A DNA stretch of 26,658 bases from a virus (Duplodnaviria; Caudoviricetes): IMG/VR virus record IMGVR_UViG_3300025389_000101, positions 1 through 26,658 of that record. One strand, 5' to 3'. The notes beneath the pieces are model-generated. The model did not search any database, was not told the DNA's origin, and saw only the letters and a program-made list of their open reading frames with translations. The stretch's first letter is position 1; every line of letters starts with the position of its first letter. The translations under genes and the position numbers were made by a program. Below, piece by piece: positions 24,943-26,658 of the stretch.

Positions 24943-26658
24943 ATGGCTTGGAAAAAGCATTGGCGTATTGTAAGTGATGGTGCATATTCACCTGTAAATG
25001 GCAGCGTAACTGATTATAGCAGTTATAATTATCTTGGCTCACAGGCTAATGCTGCATATCGCAATTATCAATCTATGTTGCCAGATGTATATAGTGGGCA
25101 TCCTAATCGTATTGACCGCTATACTCAGTATGAAAACATGGATTTAGATAGTGAAGCCAATAGTGCAATGGATATCTTAAGTGAGTTTTGCACACAAGTT
25201 AATGATGATACTAATACTGCTTTCGAATTACATTTTCACGAAAAAGCAACTGAAAATGAAATTATGATTCTTAAAGAACAGTTGAAATCATGGTATAATC
25301 TAAATGAATTTGATAAAAGAATTTTTAAAATTTTTCGTAATACATTAAAATATGGCGATCAAGTATTTGTTCGTGATCCAGAAACCTATAAGTGGTACTG
25401 GACAGAAATGAACCGTGTATCAAAAGTTATTGTCAATGAAAGTCAAGGCAAAGTTCCAGAAATTTATTATATTCGTGATTTAAATCCTAATCTACAAAAC
25501 AATACTATTACTCGTCCGCCTGGTCCAAATGATAGCTATGCATTTGCGCCATATATGGGTGGTAGTCGTTCTTATACTGCTGGTGGTGAATTATTTTCAC
25601 CAAATACACGTTTTGGTGCTGGCAATAATGAGTTTCCAGTAGCTGCAGAACATGTCGTTCATCTTAGTTTGACAGAAGGTTTAGATGTTAACTGGCCGTT
25701 TGGCGTTAGTCTCTTTGAAGCAATATTTAAAGTATTCAAGCAAAAAGAACTATTAGAAGACGCTATTCTAATCTATCGTATCTCTCGTGCGCCTGAACGT
25801 CGTATGTTCAAGATTGATGTTGGTAATATGCCAGCGCATCTTGCAATGCAGTTTGTTGAGCGTGTAAAGAATGAAATTAACCAACGTCGTATTCCAACGC
25901 AAAGTGGCGGCGGACAAAATTTAATGGATGCAAGTTATAATCCAATGAGTATGAATGAAGATTTCTTCTTTCCGCAAACAGCAGAAGGTCGTGGTTCCTC
26001 GGTAGAAGTACTGCCAGGTGGTCAAAATCTTGGTGAAATCGATGATTTGCGATATTTTACTAATAAGTTATATCGTTCATTGCGTATTCCTAGTTCGTAT
26101 TTGCCAACTGGTCCAGAAGATAGTGATCGTTCATTTACTGATGGTAAAGTTACAACTGCTCTTATTCAAGAGTATCGTTTTAATGAATATTGCAAACGCC
26201 TACAAAAATACATTGCGCCAAAGTTTGATGATGAATTTAAATTATTTTTAAAATGGCGTGGATTTAATCTTGATAATTCTATCTTTGAATTGCGTTTTAA
26301 TGAACCACAAAATTTTGCAGCATATCGTGAAATTGAATTGAATAGTAGCAGAATTGCTAGCTTTACGCAAATTAATCAAACTGATTATCTTTCAAAACGT
26401 TTTATGTTAAAAAAATATCTTGGTCTTACTGAAGTTGAAATGGCAGAAAACGATAAGATGTGGCATGAAGAACGTGGCGAAGAAAAACCACAAAGTCAAA
26501 TGCAAGGTGCTGATCTACGCAGTGTTGGCGTTACTCCCGGCGGTATTAATACTGATATTGAAACTATTAGTGACATCGAAGGAGCAGGTACAGAACCTGC
26601 TGCAGGCGGCGGCCCACCTCCAGAAGCAGGCGGTGAAGTTGGTGCAGGCGGCGTACCA
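24943..26658 (+). CDS. gp20: Portal protein, T4 gp20-like (truncated at window edge; absent from the ORF track)
   Basis: Manual translation: MAWKKHWRIV...RYTQYENMDLDSE...KQKELLEDAILIYRISRAPERRMFKIDVGNMP...MNEDFFFPQTAEGRGSSVEVLPGGQNLGEIDDLRYF, matching gp20 hallmark motifs. Confidence 0.95.
   Translation, partial: MAWKKHWRIVSDGAYSPVNGSVTDYSSYNYLGSQANAAYRNYQSMLPDVYSGHPNRIDRYTQYENMDLDSEANSAMDILSEFCTQVNDDTNTAFELHFHEKATENEIMILKEQLKSWYNLNEFDKRIFKIFRNTLKYGDQVFVRDPETYKWYWTEMNRVSKVIVNESQGKVPEIYYIRDLNPNLQNNTITRPPGPNDSYAFAPYMGGSRSYTAGGELFSPNTRFGAGNNEFPVAAEHVVHLSLTEGLDVNWPFGVSLFEAIFKVFKQKELLEDAILIYRISRAPERRMFKIDVGNMPAHLAMQFVERVKNEINQRRIPTQSGGGQNLMDASYNPMSMNEDFFFPQTAEGRGSSVEVLPGGQNLGEIDDLRYFTNKLYRSLRIPSSYLPTGPEDSDRSFTDGKVTTALIQEYRFNEYCKRLQKYIAPKFDDEFKLFLKWRGFNLDNSIFELRFNEPQNFAAYREIELNSSRIASFTQINQTDYLSKRFMLKKYLGLTEVEMAENDKMWHEERGEEKPQSQMQGADLRSVGVTPGGINTDIETISDIEGAGTEPAAGGGPPPEAGGEVGAGGVP

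Noticed and set aside
1621-26251. Remaining short ORFs in the track (e.g. 1621-1884, 5307-5726, 12199-12429, 22115-22417, 24187-24450, 26018-26251)
   Set aside because: They are antisense or off-frame shadows lying within well-supported long genes, with no motifs of their own.

Overview
AT-rich segment of a large T4-like (myovirus-type) phage genome. A minus-strand baseplate module occupies 1-10707: gp6-like wedge (truncated at the left edge), gp25, a 1293-aa gp5/VgrG-like spike with two C-terminal cell-wall hydrolase domains, a hub protein, a gp53/LysM-like protein and a tail-tube-initiator-like protein. A plus-strand block follows: gp55 late sigma, gp47, an inserted 2OG-Fe(II) hydroxylase, gp46 and a PD-(D/E)XK resolvase. 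Next is an accessory cassette: SDR, a structured riboswitch-like leader, a complete NitT/TauT-type ABC importer, a 2OG-Fe(II) dioxygenase and a PP-loop protein. Then come a ~400-nt non-coding region (a multi-hairpin, pseudoknotted RNA candidate followed by an AT-rich palindrome and GNA-loop/tandem G.A hairpins) and a gp26/gp51-like pair joined by a candidate -1 frameshift. The window ends with a tape-measure-like gene and the portal gene (truncated at the right edge). TAAATA late-promoter motifs precede several structural genes. All family calls come from manual motif recognition and all structures from manual base pairing; no searches or folding programs were run.
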